Shown: positions 45,782-55,895, counted from the first letter of the stretch. The stretch: DNA of 64,000 bases from an uncultured Acidobacteriota bacterium (GCA_963700145.1 OY969474.1:448001-512000), one strand, 5' to 3'. The notes: generated by a model from the letters alone, not told the origin. A program made the numbers and translations.

Positions 45782-48740
45782 TCAGCTCCCCGGCAGGGCA
45801 GCAGTGTCGCCGCGGCTGGCGAGGCGGCCGGAGGGGTTTTCGTAGCGGGCCGTGCGGCCGGTCGCGGTGTCGGTGACGGTGAGGGTGTACTCGACGCTCG
45901 ACAGGGCACCGTAGAAGACCCAGAACTTGCCGTTGAGGCCGCGGCCGTCGAGGACCTTCACCATCAGCTCGACGTTGGCGGCGTCGAAGAACCAGAAGCT
46001 GCCGGTGTCGGCGGTCAAGGGCACGGCGCGGCCGGTGCCGCGGTTGCCGTCGAAGTCGCGCCAGGCGACCTCGACGGCGAAGCGGCCGCCCTGGAGGCAG
46101 AGCCGGGTGGCGGCGGCGACGCAGGCGCCGGCCGGCGCGGGAACGGCCGCCACGCCCGCGGACACGCCTGTTTGACCGGCCGCCGCGACGGACGCCGCCG
46201 CCGGCAGCGCCTGCGTGTCGCCGACGCTGGCCATCGTGCCCGCCGGGTTGCGGTAGGTCTTCGCCGCGCCGGTCTGGGTGTCGGTGACGGTCAGCGTGTA
46301 CTCGACGCTCGACAGCGCGCCGTAGAAGACCCAGAACTTGCCGTTGAGGCCGCGCCCGTCCAGCACCTTGACCGCCAGCTCCAGGTTGTCGTCGTCGAAG
46401 AACCAGAAGGCGCCGGTGTCAGCGGTGAGCGGCACGGCATGCCCGGCGCCGGTCTTGCCGTCGAAGTCGCGCCAGGAGACCTCCAGCTTGAAGCGCCCGC
46501 CGCGCAGGCAGAGGCGCGTCGGGCTGGCGACGCACGGCCCCGGCGCCTCGCCGCTCGCCTTCCAGGCGCGGAGCAGGCGCGCCAGCGCCTCCGGCTCGTT
46601 GGCCGCCGCCGGCCGCCCCTCCTGATCCTTGCTGGACGGCCCGTGGCAGGCGGGGCAGACGCGCACCTCGCCGGCCTGCACCGTCAGCCAGTACCGCTCC
46701 CGCACCACCGCCTCGCCGGCCGGATCGGTGAGCTGCCAGGTGACCGCGCGGTGCGCCGGCACGAAGGCGGCGACCGAGCCGTCCGGCGCCACCGCCGCGT
46801 TCTCCGCCGCGCCGCCGGCGAGCCGGTTCGCCGCGGCCGCGGCGGCGTCGTGCAACACGCGCGCGAGCACCCGCCGCCCTCGCCTCGGGTCGGCAGTGCC
46901 GCCCAGCCCGCGCACCTGGTCGCCCTGGAAGAGCTGGAGGTGGCTCACCGCGTATTCGCGGCCGGCGCTGCCGCGCGAGGCCGCGCCGCCGCCGGCGACG
47001 CGCAGGTTGAACGGCTGCTGGCGGTCGAGGGCGTCGCGGGTGGTGACGTTGCGGGTGACGACGAGGCCCAGGCCGCGCGCCCGCAGGTAGTCGCGGAAGG
47101 CCTCCGGGTCCACCCCCTCGCGGGCGAAGACCGCCGCCTCTGGCGCCGGCAGCGGCGCGCCGCGCGTCGCCGGCTTGGCGCGCGGGCGGACCGCCACCGG
47201 GTCGAGCTCCCAGAGCTCGCCGGTGTGCTCGACCAGCTCGTCGGGGTCCCAGTAGGAGATCGTCTCGCGGATCCCGGGCGTCAGCGGCGCGCCGGCGGTC
47301 CAGTAGGCGCCGGCCTGCTCCAGGCGCTTCAAGCGGAAGGCGTAGCGCGAGCGCGGGCGCTGCCGGGTACCCTCGTTGCGGTCCTCGCGGGTCTCGGCGG
47401 CGTGGACGGCGACCAGCGTGCCGTCGGCGAGCGGCAGCGGGTTGCGGTAGTGGCCGCTGTGGCCGGCCGCCGGGCTCTCCCCCTCGGACGTCGTTTCGCG
47501 GGTCGCCGGGTGGGTCAGGTACTCGACCGCGATCGCGTCGGCGGCGCGCTCGCGGCGCGGCGAGCGCCACGATCCGCCCGGAGGCGTGGGTCTCGAACTC
47601 CGGCGCGTCGATGCCGAGGTAGCGCCCCGGCGCGCGCGGGTCCTCGGCGATCTGCAGGAGGTTCTCGAGCGGGTTGGGGTTGACGCGCTCGACGTTGTAG
47701 CCGATGAGCTCCTCGAGGTCGTCGTCGTCGTGGCGGCTGCGGTTGAAGTACTCGTGCAGCTCGTGCCGGCCGAGGTGGTTGAGGGTCTCGAGCTCGCTGC
47801 CGTCCTCGTTGATCTGCCAGGGGAAGAAGTGGTTGAAGCTGTGCCCTTCGAGCGGCGTGCCGGCGAGGAGGTCCTCGCGCACCCGGCGCGGCTCGGGGAA
47901 GATCTCCTCGCGCCGCGGCAGCCGCGCCGCGCCCGCGCTCTCGTCGGCGTAGTCGAAGGTGCCGTAGTTGTCGCCTTCGAGGGCGTCGGCGTCGGCCTGC
48001 TGGTCGCGCTCCAGGTGGTCCCAGCGGGTGTAGACGACCCGCCCGAAGCTGTCGACGAGCGGCCGGAAGGCGCCGGAGGGCGCGTGGTCGAGGAGCCGCA
48101 GGTCGCCGCTCGCCGGATCGAGGCTCCAGAGGCCGGTGTTGGTCGGCACCTCCTCGTACTCGTCGAGCTGCGGGTAGAGGTGGCGCTCGCCCGAGCGCGG
48201 GCGGTCGGAGGTGAAGATCACGCGGCCGTTGGTGCCGTAGACCGGGCTGACGTTGTTGGCGTCGGCCGGCTGGCCGGGGAGCTTGCGCACCTGCGCCGTC
48301 TCACCCGGGGCGAGGCCGGTCACCTCGTAGATTTGCCACCAGGTGGTGACGTACTCGTAGCGCTCGGTCGTGGCGCCGACGACCATGCTGAAGAGGGCCT
48401 TCGTCCCGGTCCAATCGACGGAGGGCTCACGCACCGCGATGGCGCCCGCGCCCTGGAAGCCCTCGACGCCGAAGCCGGCCTCTTTCGTCAGGTTCCGCAG
48501 CTGCCCGCTCGGGTAGAGGATCCAGAGGTCGCCGCCGCGGCCGGCGGAGTCGACGTCCGGCAGGTGGTTGCCGAAGACCGAGCCGATGGTCGTGAAGTCC
48601 GCCGGGATCGGCACCTGCGTCACGAAGAGGATGGGGTAGGGGAGCGGGGCGGCGGCGGGCGCGGGCAGGTGAGCGGGCGCCGAGCCGCCGGGGGCGGCGA
48701 CGAGCGCGCAGCAGGCGAAGAGGGCGAGGGCCCGGGCCAT
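45782..48740 (-). pseudogene. Secreted beta-propeller / HZS-alpha-like protein with CxxCH heme motif and two C-terminal repeats; frameshifted near 47552
   Basis: Frame 1 runs MARALALFACC...VALAAP; it continues in another frame as ERAADAIAVEYLTHP...CPACH and two LCL.GGRF...FWFFD..N.E..VKVLD repeats. Confidence 0.75.
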
Positions 48741-48811
48741 GGAGTCGCTGCTTCGATAGACGAGCGCGCATAGATTAGCACCGCCGCCCGCTGCTACACT
48801 GCGCCGCCCGC

Positions 48812-51343
48812 ATGCGAAGCCGCCGGTTTGCCGCCGTCCTCCTGCCTTTGTTGACCCTCGCCGCGGCGCTCCCGGCCGCGGCCGCGCCCCCTCCCGAGCC
48901 ACTGCCGAAGATCGCCGCCAGGACCGCCGGCCTCGAGCGCCGGCCGGGGCTCCTGGTGACCTATCTCGACCGCCAGCGCGGGCGGGTGTGGTTGGAGGTG
49001 CCGAAGGCGGCGGGGCCGCGCGGCGAGGTGGGGAGCTACCTCTACGTCGAGGGCCTCCTCTCGGGGCTCGGCTCGAACCCGGTGGGGCTCGACCGCGGCC
49101 AGCTCGGCGAGACGCGCGTCGTCACCTTGCGCCGCGTCGGTGACCGCCTCCTGGTCGAGCAGCAGAACCTCGCCTTCCGCGCCTTGACCGACCGCCCCGA
49201 GGAGCTGCGCGCGGTGCGCGAGTCGTTCGCGCCGTCGGTCCTCTGGGCCGGGGAGATCGCAGCCCTCGACCCCGACGGCCGGGCGCTCGTCGATCTGACG
49301 CCCTTCCTGGTGCGCGACGCGCACGACGTCGTCGCCACGCTCAAGGCGACCGGCCAGGGGACTTGGTCGCTCGACGCGGCGCGCAGCGCCCTCGACCCCG
49401 AGGCCTGCCTCGCCTTCCCCGAGAACCTGGAGCTCGAGGCCCTCCTGACCTACCAGTCGGCTGAGCCGGGAGAGGAGGTGCGGAACACGGCGCCCTCGCC
49501 GGGCGCGATCACCCTCGTCCAGCACCACTCGCTCCTCCGCCTGCCGGGTCCCGGCTACACGCCGCGCCGCTACGACCCGCGCGCCGGCTCCTTCGACGTC
49601 CGCTTCTTCGACTACGCGGCGCCGCTCGGGGCACCGATCGAGACCCGCTGGATCGTCCGCCACCGGCTGGAGAAGACGAACCCGGCGGCGGCGACCTCGC
49701 CGGCCAAGGAGCCGATCGTCTTCTACGTCGATTCCGGGGCGCCCGAGCCGGTGCGCAGCGCGCTCGTCGAGGGCGCCTCCTGGTGGGCGCAGGCGTTCGC
49801 GGCGGCGGGGTTCGAGAACGCCTACCGGGTGGAGATCCTGCCGGCCGACGCGCACCCGCTCGACGCGCGTTACAACGTCATCCAGTGGGTGCACCGCGCG
49901 ACCCGCGGCTGGTCGTACGGCGGCGGGGTCGTCGATCCGCGCACCGGCGAGATGGTCAAGGGGCACGTGACGCTCGGCTCGCTGCGGGTGCGGCAGGACC
50001 GCCTGCTCTTCGAAGGGTTGGTCGGCGCCGACGCGACCGGCACGGGAGGCGCGAACGACCCGCTCGTCTATGCCCTGGCGCGCATCCGCCAGCTCGCCGC
50101 GCACGAGGTCGGGCACGCGCTCGGCTTCGCCCACAACTTCGCCGCCAGCACCTACGGCCGCGCCTCCGTCATGGACTACCCGGCGCCGCTGGTGCGGGTG
50201 ACGGCGGCGGGGGAGCTGGACCTCTCGCAGGCTTACGCGGCCGGCGCCGGCGCCTGGGACAAGCACGCGGCGCGCTACGCCTACAGCCAGTTCCCGCCCG
50301 GCGCGGACGAGGCGGCGGCGCTCGCGGCGATCGTGCAGGAGGGGCTGGCGCAAGGGCTCCTCTTCCTCGGCGACGAGGACGCCCGCGCCCCCGGCTCGTC
50401 GCACCCGCTCGCCCACCTCTGGGACAACGGCCTCGACGCCACCGCCGGGCTCGAGCAGGCGCTGGCGGTGCGCGCCGTCGCCCTCGCCAAGTTCGGCGCC
50501 CACAACGTCGCCGCCGGCCGGCCGCTGGCCTGGCTCCAGGAGGTGCTGGCGCCGGTCTACTTCCACCACCGCTACCAGCTCGAGGCGGCGGCCAAGCTGG
50601 TGGCCGGGCTCGACTACCGCCACGCCGCGCGCGGCGACGGCCAGCCGGCGGCGCAGCCGGTGGACGCCGTGCGGCAGCGCAAGGCGCTCGCCGCTCTCCT
50701 CTCGACGCTCGATCCCGCCACCCTCGACCTGCCCGAGCCGGTCCTCGCCCTCCTCCTGCCGCGCCCCCCCGGCGAGCCGCCCAACCGCGAGCTCTTCCCC
50801 GGCCGCACCGACCCCGCCTTCGACCCGCTCGCCGCCGCCGCCGCCGCCGCGGACATGACGGTCGATCTCCTCCTCCAGCCGCAGCGCGCGGCGCGGCTCG
50901 TCGACCTCCACCGCCGCCAGCCGGCGCTGCCGGGGCTCGAGGAGGTGCTGGCGGCGCTGGTCGAGAAGGTGTTCGGCGGGCCGCAGCCGCCGGACGAGCG
51001 GCGGCGCGAGGTGCGGCGGGCGGTGCAGTGGGTGGCGGCCGAGGGGCTGCTCGAGCTGGCGCGGAGCCCCGAGGCCTCGGCCGCGGTCGTCGCGCGCACC
51101 GACGACGCGCTGCGCGACCTCGTCGCGCGCCTCCGGCCGCTGACGCTGCGCGACGGCGGGCTGGGATGGGTCGCCGGCGCCGACGGGCCGCACGCGATGT
51201 ACCTGATCGCGCGCATCGAGCGCTATCTGAAGCGCGGGCAGGAGGAGACGGCCGCCGCCGGCCCGAAGCCGCCGCCGCCGCCGCCCGGCGCGCCGATCGG
51301 CGGGGCCGCACCCGCCCTGGCCGGCTGCTCGTGGGACGAGTAG
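48812..51343 (+). CDS. Secreted zinc-dependent metalloprotease (DUF5117/DUF4953 metzincin-like)
   Basis: HEVGHALGFAH zinc motif, SVMDY Met-turn, signal peptide. Confidence 0.9.
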   Translation: MRSRRFAAVLLPLLTLAAALPAAAAPPPEPLPKIAARTAGLERRPGLLVTYLDRQRGRVWLEVPKAAGPRGEVGSYLYVEGLLSGLGSNPVGLDRGQLGETRVVTLRRVGDRLLVEQQNLAFRALTDRPEELRAVRESFAPSVLWAGEIAALDPDGRALVDLTPFLVRDAHDVVATLKATGQGTWSLDAARSALDPEACLAFPENLELEALLTYQSAEPGEEVRNTAPSPGAITLVQHHSLLRLPGPGYTPRRYDPRAGSFDVRFFDYAAPLGAPIETRWIVRHRLEKTNPAAATSPAKEPIVFYVDSGAPEPVRSALVEGASWWAQAFAAAGFENAYRVEILPADAHPLDARYNVIQWVHRATRGWSYGGGVVDPRTGEMVKGHVTLGSLRVRQDRLLFEGLVGADATGTGGANDPLVYALARIRQLAAHEVGHALGFAHNFAASTYGRASVMDYPAPLVRVTAAGELDLSQAYAAGAGAWDKHAARYAYSQFPPGADEAAALAAIVQEGLAQGLLFLGDEDARAPGSSHPLAHLWDNGLDATAGLEQALAVRAVALAKFGAHNVAAGRPLAWLQEVLAPVYFHHRYQLEAAAKLVAGLDYRHAARGDGQPAAQPVDAVRQRKALAALLSTLDPATLDLPEPVLALLLPRPPGEPPNRELFPGRTDPAFDPLAAAAAAADMTVDLLLQPQRAARLVDLHRRQPALPGLEEVLAALVEKVFGGPQPPDERRREVRRAVQWVAAEGLLELARSPEASAAVVARTDDALRDLVARLRPLTLRDGGLGWVAGADGPHAMYLIARIERYLKRGQEETAAAGPKPPPPPPGAPIGGAAPALAGCSWDE

Positions 51344-52155
51344 CGGCGGCCGCGCTCCTCGCCCTGCTCGGCTGCCGGCAGCCCGCCGCGCCGCCGGCGC
51401 AGCCGCCACAGCCGGCGGCCGAGCGCCGCGCCCCCGCTCCCGCGCCCCCCGAGCGGCTGCGCGTGCGCGTCGTCGCGACCTATCCGCACGACACCGACGC
51501 CTACACCCAGGGCCTCCTCTGGCACGACGGCACGCTCTACGAGAGCACCGGCCAGTACGGCGAGTCGACGGTCAGGCAGGTCGAGCTGGCGACCGGCCGC
51601 GTGCTGCGCCAGGCCGAGCTGCCGCGGGAGTACTTCGGCGAGGGTCTGGCGTTGGTGGGGGACCGGCTGGTGCAGCTCACCTGGCAGGAGGGGGTGGCGC
51701 TGATCTGGGGGCTGGCCGACTTCGCACCGCGCGGGGAGCACCGGTACACCGGCGAAGGGTGGGGGCTGTGCTACGACGGCCGGCGCCTGGTGATGAGCGA
51801 CGGGTCGGCGCGGCTGACGTTTCGCGATCCGGAGAGCTTCGCGGTGACGGGTGGCGTCGACGTGGCGGTCGCCGGCGTGCCGGCGGATCGGCTGAACGAG
51901 CTGGAGTGCGTGGAGGGCGTGGTCTACGCCAACGTCTGGAGGGACCAGGAGATCTTCCGCATCGACCCCGACAATGGGCGGGTGACGGCGGTGATCGACG
52001 CGTCTGGGCTGCTGAGTGCGAAGGAGCGCCTCCCGGCGGATGTCTTGAACGGGATTGCTTATCGGCCGGAGACGGGGACGTTCTTTGTTACGGGGAAGTT
52101 GTGGCCCAAGCTCTTCGAAGTGGTATTTGAGGGTGGAGCCGCTCGGGGCGGATAG
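51331..52155 (+). CDS. Glutaminyl-peptide cyclotransferase (plant/bacterial type), lipoprotein
   Basis: LLGC lipobox; YTQGL, YESTG.YG, FGEGL, QLTW, GEGWGL, LNELE, NGIA, TGK.W. Confidence 0.92.
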   Translation: MGRVAAAALLALLGCRQPAAPPAQPPQPAAERRAPAPAPPERLRVRVVATYPHDTDAYTQGLLWHDGTLYESTGQYGESTVRQVELATGRVLRQAELPREYFGEGLALVGDRLVQLTWQEGVALIWGLADFAPRGEHRYTGEGWGLCYDGRRLVMSDGSARLTFRDPESFAVTGGVDVAVAGVPADRLNELECVEGVVYANVWRDQEIFRIDPDNGRVTAVIDASGLLSAKERLPADVLNGIAYRPETGTFFVTGKLWPKLFEVVFEGGAARGG

Positions 52156-52691
52156 TGCCGCGTGAGATGCCGGGCCACCCGGCCCGCGAAGAGGCGCGCC
52201 CGCTTCGCGGGTCCTGGTTGGAAGAGGTGGTGGCTGGTTAGCGGGTGGAGGCTTCGCCGCTAACGCACGGTGGCCCCCTAACCGACACGCGCCGCTTCGC
52301 GGGCCTCTGGCCCGGCACATCACGCGGCGCCATGACTCGAATCTCTGAAGTGACGTCCAGCGGAGAAAGAGGCATCCCGAGCGAGAGCGAGGGATCTGGG
52401 CGGGGGGCGGCGCGATGCTGGTGGGTCCTCGCGCCACCCTGCCCCCAGATCCCTCGCTCACGCTCGGGATGACATGGGCAGGGGCTCCACCGCCGGTTCT
52501 AGGGCCCGCAGGATCTCTGGAGCGCCGGGCGCTCCGTCCGCTCCCCCTGGCAGGCCACCGTGCGAGGCGACGAAGGCAAGACCGTGTTTGCCGGCAAGGC
52601 GCCTCTGTACCAGCACGCGAAGCGCGGACATCAAGGAGCGCCCGGCGCGGAGGAGACCTGCGGGACCCCACACCGGAACGGCCGCAGCAAG
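52139..52691 (-). repeat. Composite hairpin element (modules A + REP + C), copy 2, inverted
   Basis: Reverse complement matches 33175-33771; REP core at 52372-52473. Confidence 0.85.
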
Positions 52692-52713
52692 AGGGGTGGG
52701 GGTAGGGCTGGAA

Positions 52714-52989
52714 CTAAGAAACGGTGCTGAGCTCGATCTTGAGCATCCGCGCCCAGGCGGAGCGGAGGTTCTCGGGGAGCTCTAGGGAGGGGAAGATCTC
52801 GCGAACCTCTTCGCGGCTGACGTAGGCCCAGATGTCGTCCCACTGGGCGTAGCGGAGGAGGTGGGAGATCGCCCAGGCTCTCTGCTCCTGCGTGCCGCGG
52901 GTGAGGATGTCGCGCAGCTCCACGGCGGTCACGCGGCGGTCGGGGAAAAAGTACAGGCCGTCGTCCCGCGGCTTGCCGGGCGGGTGCAT
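52714..52989 (-). CDS. Small hypothetical protein (91 aa)
   Basis: ATG preceded by a CATACT -10-like box; host-like codon usage. Confidence 0.65.
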   Translation of the reverse strand: MHPPGKPRDDGLYFFPDRRVTAVELRDILTRGTQEQRAWAISHLLRYAQWDDIWAYVSREEVREIFPSLELPENLRSAWARMLKIELSTVS

Positions 52990-53061
52990 GGCCTCAGTAT
53001 GAGGGCTCCGCCGCGAGCGCGCAAGCCGTTGCGGTGCCGGCAAACTCCGCGCCATCGCCCC

Positions 53062-53090
53062 TTGACCCACCCCTGCCGCTCGGCTAGATT
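53062..53090 (+). promoter_or_regulatory. Sigma70 promoter TTGACC-17-TAGATT for tRNA-Gly
   Basis: Canonical spacing directly upstream of the tRNA. Confidence 0.7.
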
Positions 53091-53113
53091 GACGCTTCGT
53101 TCGAAGCCTTCGA

Positions 53114-53189
53114 GCGGGCATAACTCAGCTGGTAGAGTGCAAGCTTCCCAAGCTTGATGTCGCGGGTTCGAGTCCCGTTGCCCGCTCCA
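53114..53189 (+). tRNA. tRNA-Gly (CCC)
   Basis: GCGGGCA/TGCCCGC acceptor stem, anticodon loop TTCCCAA, GGTTCGAGTCC T-arm, encoded CCA. Confidence 0.96.
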
Positions 53190-53208
53190 CTTCCGAGCTC
53201 CGCCCTCC

Positions 53209-53628
53209 GTGTCCATCTTCCGCCGCCAGGAGAGCCGCCCGCCCGCCGACGAGGCGGCGGCGGCTGGCGCCGAGCGCACCCTGATCGCCGCCGGGTCGCT
53301 GGTGCGCGGTGAGATCTCCGGCCTGACCGAGCTGGTCGTCGAGGGGCGGGTCGAAGGCGAGGTGCGGGTGGACGCGGGAGTGGCGATCGGACCGCGCGGC
53401 GAGATCGTCGGCCCGGTGCGCGGCCGCACCGTGCGGATCGCCGGCCGGGTGGTCGGCCGGGTCGAAGCGGAGGAACGGGTCGAGCTGCTGCCGGAAGGGT
53501 GTCTCGAAGGGGACATCTCGGCGCCGCGCATCGTGGTCGGCGAGGGCGCCTTCTTCAAGGGCGTGGTCGAGATGCACGTGCAAGAACGCGGGCAAGAGGA
53601 GCGGCAGCGCGACGAGAGGGGCGGCTGA
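53209..53628 (+). CDS. Bactofilin (polymer-forming cytoskeletal protein)
   Basis: TLI..G..VRGEI, VEG.VEG, I.G.V.G.V.A...VEL, GA.FKG beta-helix repeats. Confidence 0.88.
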   Translation: MSIFRRQESRPPADEAAAAGAERTLIAAGSLVRGEISGLTELVVEGRVEGEVRVDAGVAIGPRGEIVGPVRGRTVRIAGRVVGRVEAEERVELLPEGCLEGDISAPRIVVGEGAFFKGVVEMHVQERGQEERQRDERGG

Positions 53629-53661
53629 CCTGCGGGAGCTGCTGTAGAAACCTCTACTGCT

Positions 53662-53746
53662 GTCATCCCGAGCGTTAGCGAGGGATCTGGGGGTTGGGGC
53701 GGCGCGAAGAACCCCCGCCCAGATCCTTCGCTTCGCTCAGGATGAC
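53662..53746. repeat. REP-like palindromic repeat overlapping the 3' end of the RluA-family gene
   Basis: GTCATCCCGAGC..GGGATCTGGG / CCCAGATCCTTCGCTTCGCTCAGGATGAC. Confidence 0.85.
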
Positions 53747-54703
53747 GTCGATCGGGCTTCCCGCAACTTCTTCCCAGAGCGCTTTCACGTCCTCCGCTAC
53801 CGGCGCTTCGAAGGCGACCGGCTCGCCGGTCGCCGGGTGGCGGAAGGCGAGGCGCCAGGCGTGGAGGGCCGGGCGTGGGAAGCCTTCGAGCGTGCGGCGC
53901 ACGGGAGCCGGCAGACCCTTCCACCGCGCCTCGCCGTAGACCGGGTCGCCGACCAGCGGGTGGCCGAGGTGCTTCAGGTGCACGCGGATCTGGTGCGTGC
54001 GTCCGGTCGCGAGGTCCAGCTCGAGGAGCGCGATCCCGGCCGCCGCGGCGAGGGTGCGGTAGCCGGTCGCCGCCGGGCGGCCGTCGCGCCGCACCGTCAT
54101 CTCCTTGCGCCGCGACGGATGGCGGCCGATCGGCGCCTCGATCCGGCCCGCCGGCGGGCGCGGCGCGCCGTAGGCGATGGCGAGATACCGCTTCTCGACC
54201 TCGCGCGCCGCGAAGGCGCGGGCGAGCCGCTCGTAGGCCGCGGCGGTGCGCGCGGCGACGAGGACGCCGCTGGTGTCCTTGTCGAGCCGGTGGACGATCC
54301 CCGGCCGCCCGGGGCCGCCGACGCCGGCCATCTCCGGGTAGCGGGCGAGGAGACGGTGGGCCAGGGTGCCGGTCGCGCGGCCGGCGCCGGGATGGACGGT
54401 GAGCCCCGCCGGCTTGTCCAGCACCACGAGGTGCGGATCCTCGTGCAGCACGGCGAGCGGCGCCTCTTCGGGCGCGATCCGCTCCTCGGTCGCGGGCGGC
54501 GGCACGCAGTCGATCCGCTCGCCGGCCGCGACCGGCGTCGAGGGCTTCGCCGGCGCGCCGCCGACGCGCACCAGCCCGGCCTCGATCCAGCGCCGCACCT
54601 GGTTGCGCGGGCGGTCGAGGCGCGCCGCGACGTGGCGGTCGAGCCGCTCGCCGGCCGCCTCCGGCGGCACGGTCCAGCGGTGGGCCGAGGCGGGCGGGGT
54701 CAG
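53675..54703 (-). CDS. RluA-family pseudouridine synthase (RluD-like, S4 domain); start uncertain
   Basis: RLD S4 domain, DKPAGL.VHP, HRLDKDTSG, TGRTHQIRVH, GDPVYG, LHA..L.F.HP. Confidence 0.9.
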   Translation of the reverse strand: MTPPASAHRWTVPPEAAGERLDRHVAARLDRPRNQVRRWIEAGLVRVGGAPAKPSTPVAAGERIDCVPPPATEERIAPEEAPLAVLHEDPHLVVLDKPAGLTVHPGAGRATGTLAHRLLARYPEMAGVGGPGRPGIVHRLDKDTSGVLVAARTAAAYERLARAFAAREVEKRYLAIAYGAPRPPAGRIEAPIGRHPSRRKEMTVRRDGRPAATGYRTLAAAAGIALLELDLATGRTHQIRVHLKHLGHPLVGDPVYGEARWKGLPAPVRRTLEGFPRPALHAWRLAFRHPATGEPVAFEAPVAEDVKALWEEVAGSPIDVILSEAKDLGGGSSRRPNPQIPR

Positions 54704-55245
54704 GTCTTGCGCGCGCGCCCGCCGCGCAGGCTGTCGAGCGCCATCAGCACGATGCCCACCGAGATGGCGCTGTCGGCGACGTTGAAGGCCGGCCAGTGGC
54801 GGGTGCCGACGTAGACGTCGACGAAGTCGGTCACCGCGCCGCTCGCCACGCGGTCGATGAGGTTGCCGAGGGCGCCGCCGACGACCAGGGCCAGCGCCAC
54901 CAGCAGGACGCGGTCGTGGGCCGAGGCGAGCCAGAAGTAGGCGAGGACGGCGGCGAGGGCGGCCACGCCGAGCGCGGTCAGCAGCCAGGAGTTGCCGCCG
55001 CCGTCGCTGGCGAAGAGGCCGAAGGCGACGCCGTTGTTGCGGATGTGGGTGAGGTTGATGAAGCCGGGAACCACCGGGTGCGCGCTGTGCGGCGGCAGGT
55101 GGACCTCGACCAGCCACTTCGTCCACTGGTCGGCCACCAGCACGGCGAGGGCGACGAGCAGGTAGCGGAGCTTCGCCGCGCCGCTGAGCGCGGCGGCCGC
55201 CGCCCCGTCGAGCGCCGTGCCGGTCGTCAAGGTCTCGCCGTTCAC
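54700..55245 (-). CDS. lspA: Lipoprotein signal peptidase II
   Basis: DQWTK, N.GVAFG, GGALGN.IDR, V.DF, WPAFNVADSAI. Confidence 0.95.
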   Translation of the reverse strand: MNGETLTTGTALDGAAAAALSGAAKLRYLLVALAVLVADQWTKWLVEVHLPPHSAHPVVPGFINLTHIRNNGVAFGLFASDGGGNSWLLTALGVAALAAVLAYFWLASAHDRVLLVALALVVGGALGNLIDRVASGAVTDFVDVYVGTRHWPAFNVADSAISVGIVLMALDSLRGGRARKT

Positions 55246-55895
55246 TGGTCCTCCGGTGCGCTCCCGGCGCGCTTCGCCGCCGCGAAGGCGCGGCGGGCGG
55301 CGGCCACGACCGCCGGGAGCTCCTCCTCCCGCTGGAAGAGGCGGATGCCGGCCGCGCCGGCCGCGCCCGCCTCGGCCACCTCCGGGATACGCTCGATTGT
55401 AATGCCTCCGAGGGCGAGGACGGGGACGCCGAGCGCCGCCGCCCGCCGCAGCGCCGAGAGCCCCTGCGGCGCGCCCTTCCCCGGCGTCTCCCAGACCGGG
55501 CCGAAGAGGACGTAGTCGGCGCCCTCGTCGCGGGCGCGCTCGACCTCGTCGAGGGTGTGGGTGGAGCGGCCGAGGAGCGGGCGCGGGCCGAAGGCGCGGC
55601 GCAGCGGCGCGAGCGGCAGGCCGTCGGCGGGGAGGTGGGCGCCGTCGGCGCCGGCGGCGCAGGCGATGTCGAGGCGGCCGTTGAGGAGGAGGCGCACGGC
55701 GGGGGGAAGGGCGGCGCGGGCGCGGCGGGCGAGGCCGTAGAGGGCGCGGTCGTCGAGGTCTTTCTCGCGCAGCACGAGGGCGCCGGCGCCGGCGGCGCCG
55801 AGGGCGTGGAGCCAGCGCGTCATGGGGTCTTCCCAGGCGCGGCCGAAGGCGTGGCGGTCGCTGATGGCTAGGAGGTGGAAGTCAGGATTGGGCAC
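55242..55895 (-). CDS. thiE: Thiamine phosphate synthase / TenI family
   Basis: LREKD, A.ADG.HL, GRSTH, ADY..FGPV..T..K, V.ALGGI. Confidence 0.8.
   Translation of the reverse strand: MPNPDFHLLAISDRHAFGRAWEDPMTRWLHALGAAGAGALVLREKDLDDRALYGLARRARAALPPAVRLLLNGRLDIACAAGADGAHLPADGLPLAPLRRAFGPRPLLGRSTHTLDEVERARDEGADYVLFGPVWETPGKGAPQGLSALRRAAALGVPVLALGGITIERIPEVAEAGAAGAAGIRLFQREEELPAVVAAARRAFAAAKRAGSAPEDQ

Noticed and set aside
47540-47565. Programmed ribosomal frameshift in the HZS-like gene
   Set aside because: No slippery heptamer or homopolymer run at the junction; an indel is simpler.
45782-48740. Evidence for anammox metabolism
   Set aside because: Only a distant HZS-alpha-like architecture; no hzsB/hzsC or hydrazine dehydrogenase genes nearby.
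33175-52691. Inverted composite repeats as ends of a 19-kb transposon or invertible segment
   Set aside because: The enclosed genes are mostly core (mutS, tsaB, pssA), the copies have diverged loops, and no recombinase or transposase is present.
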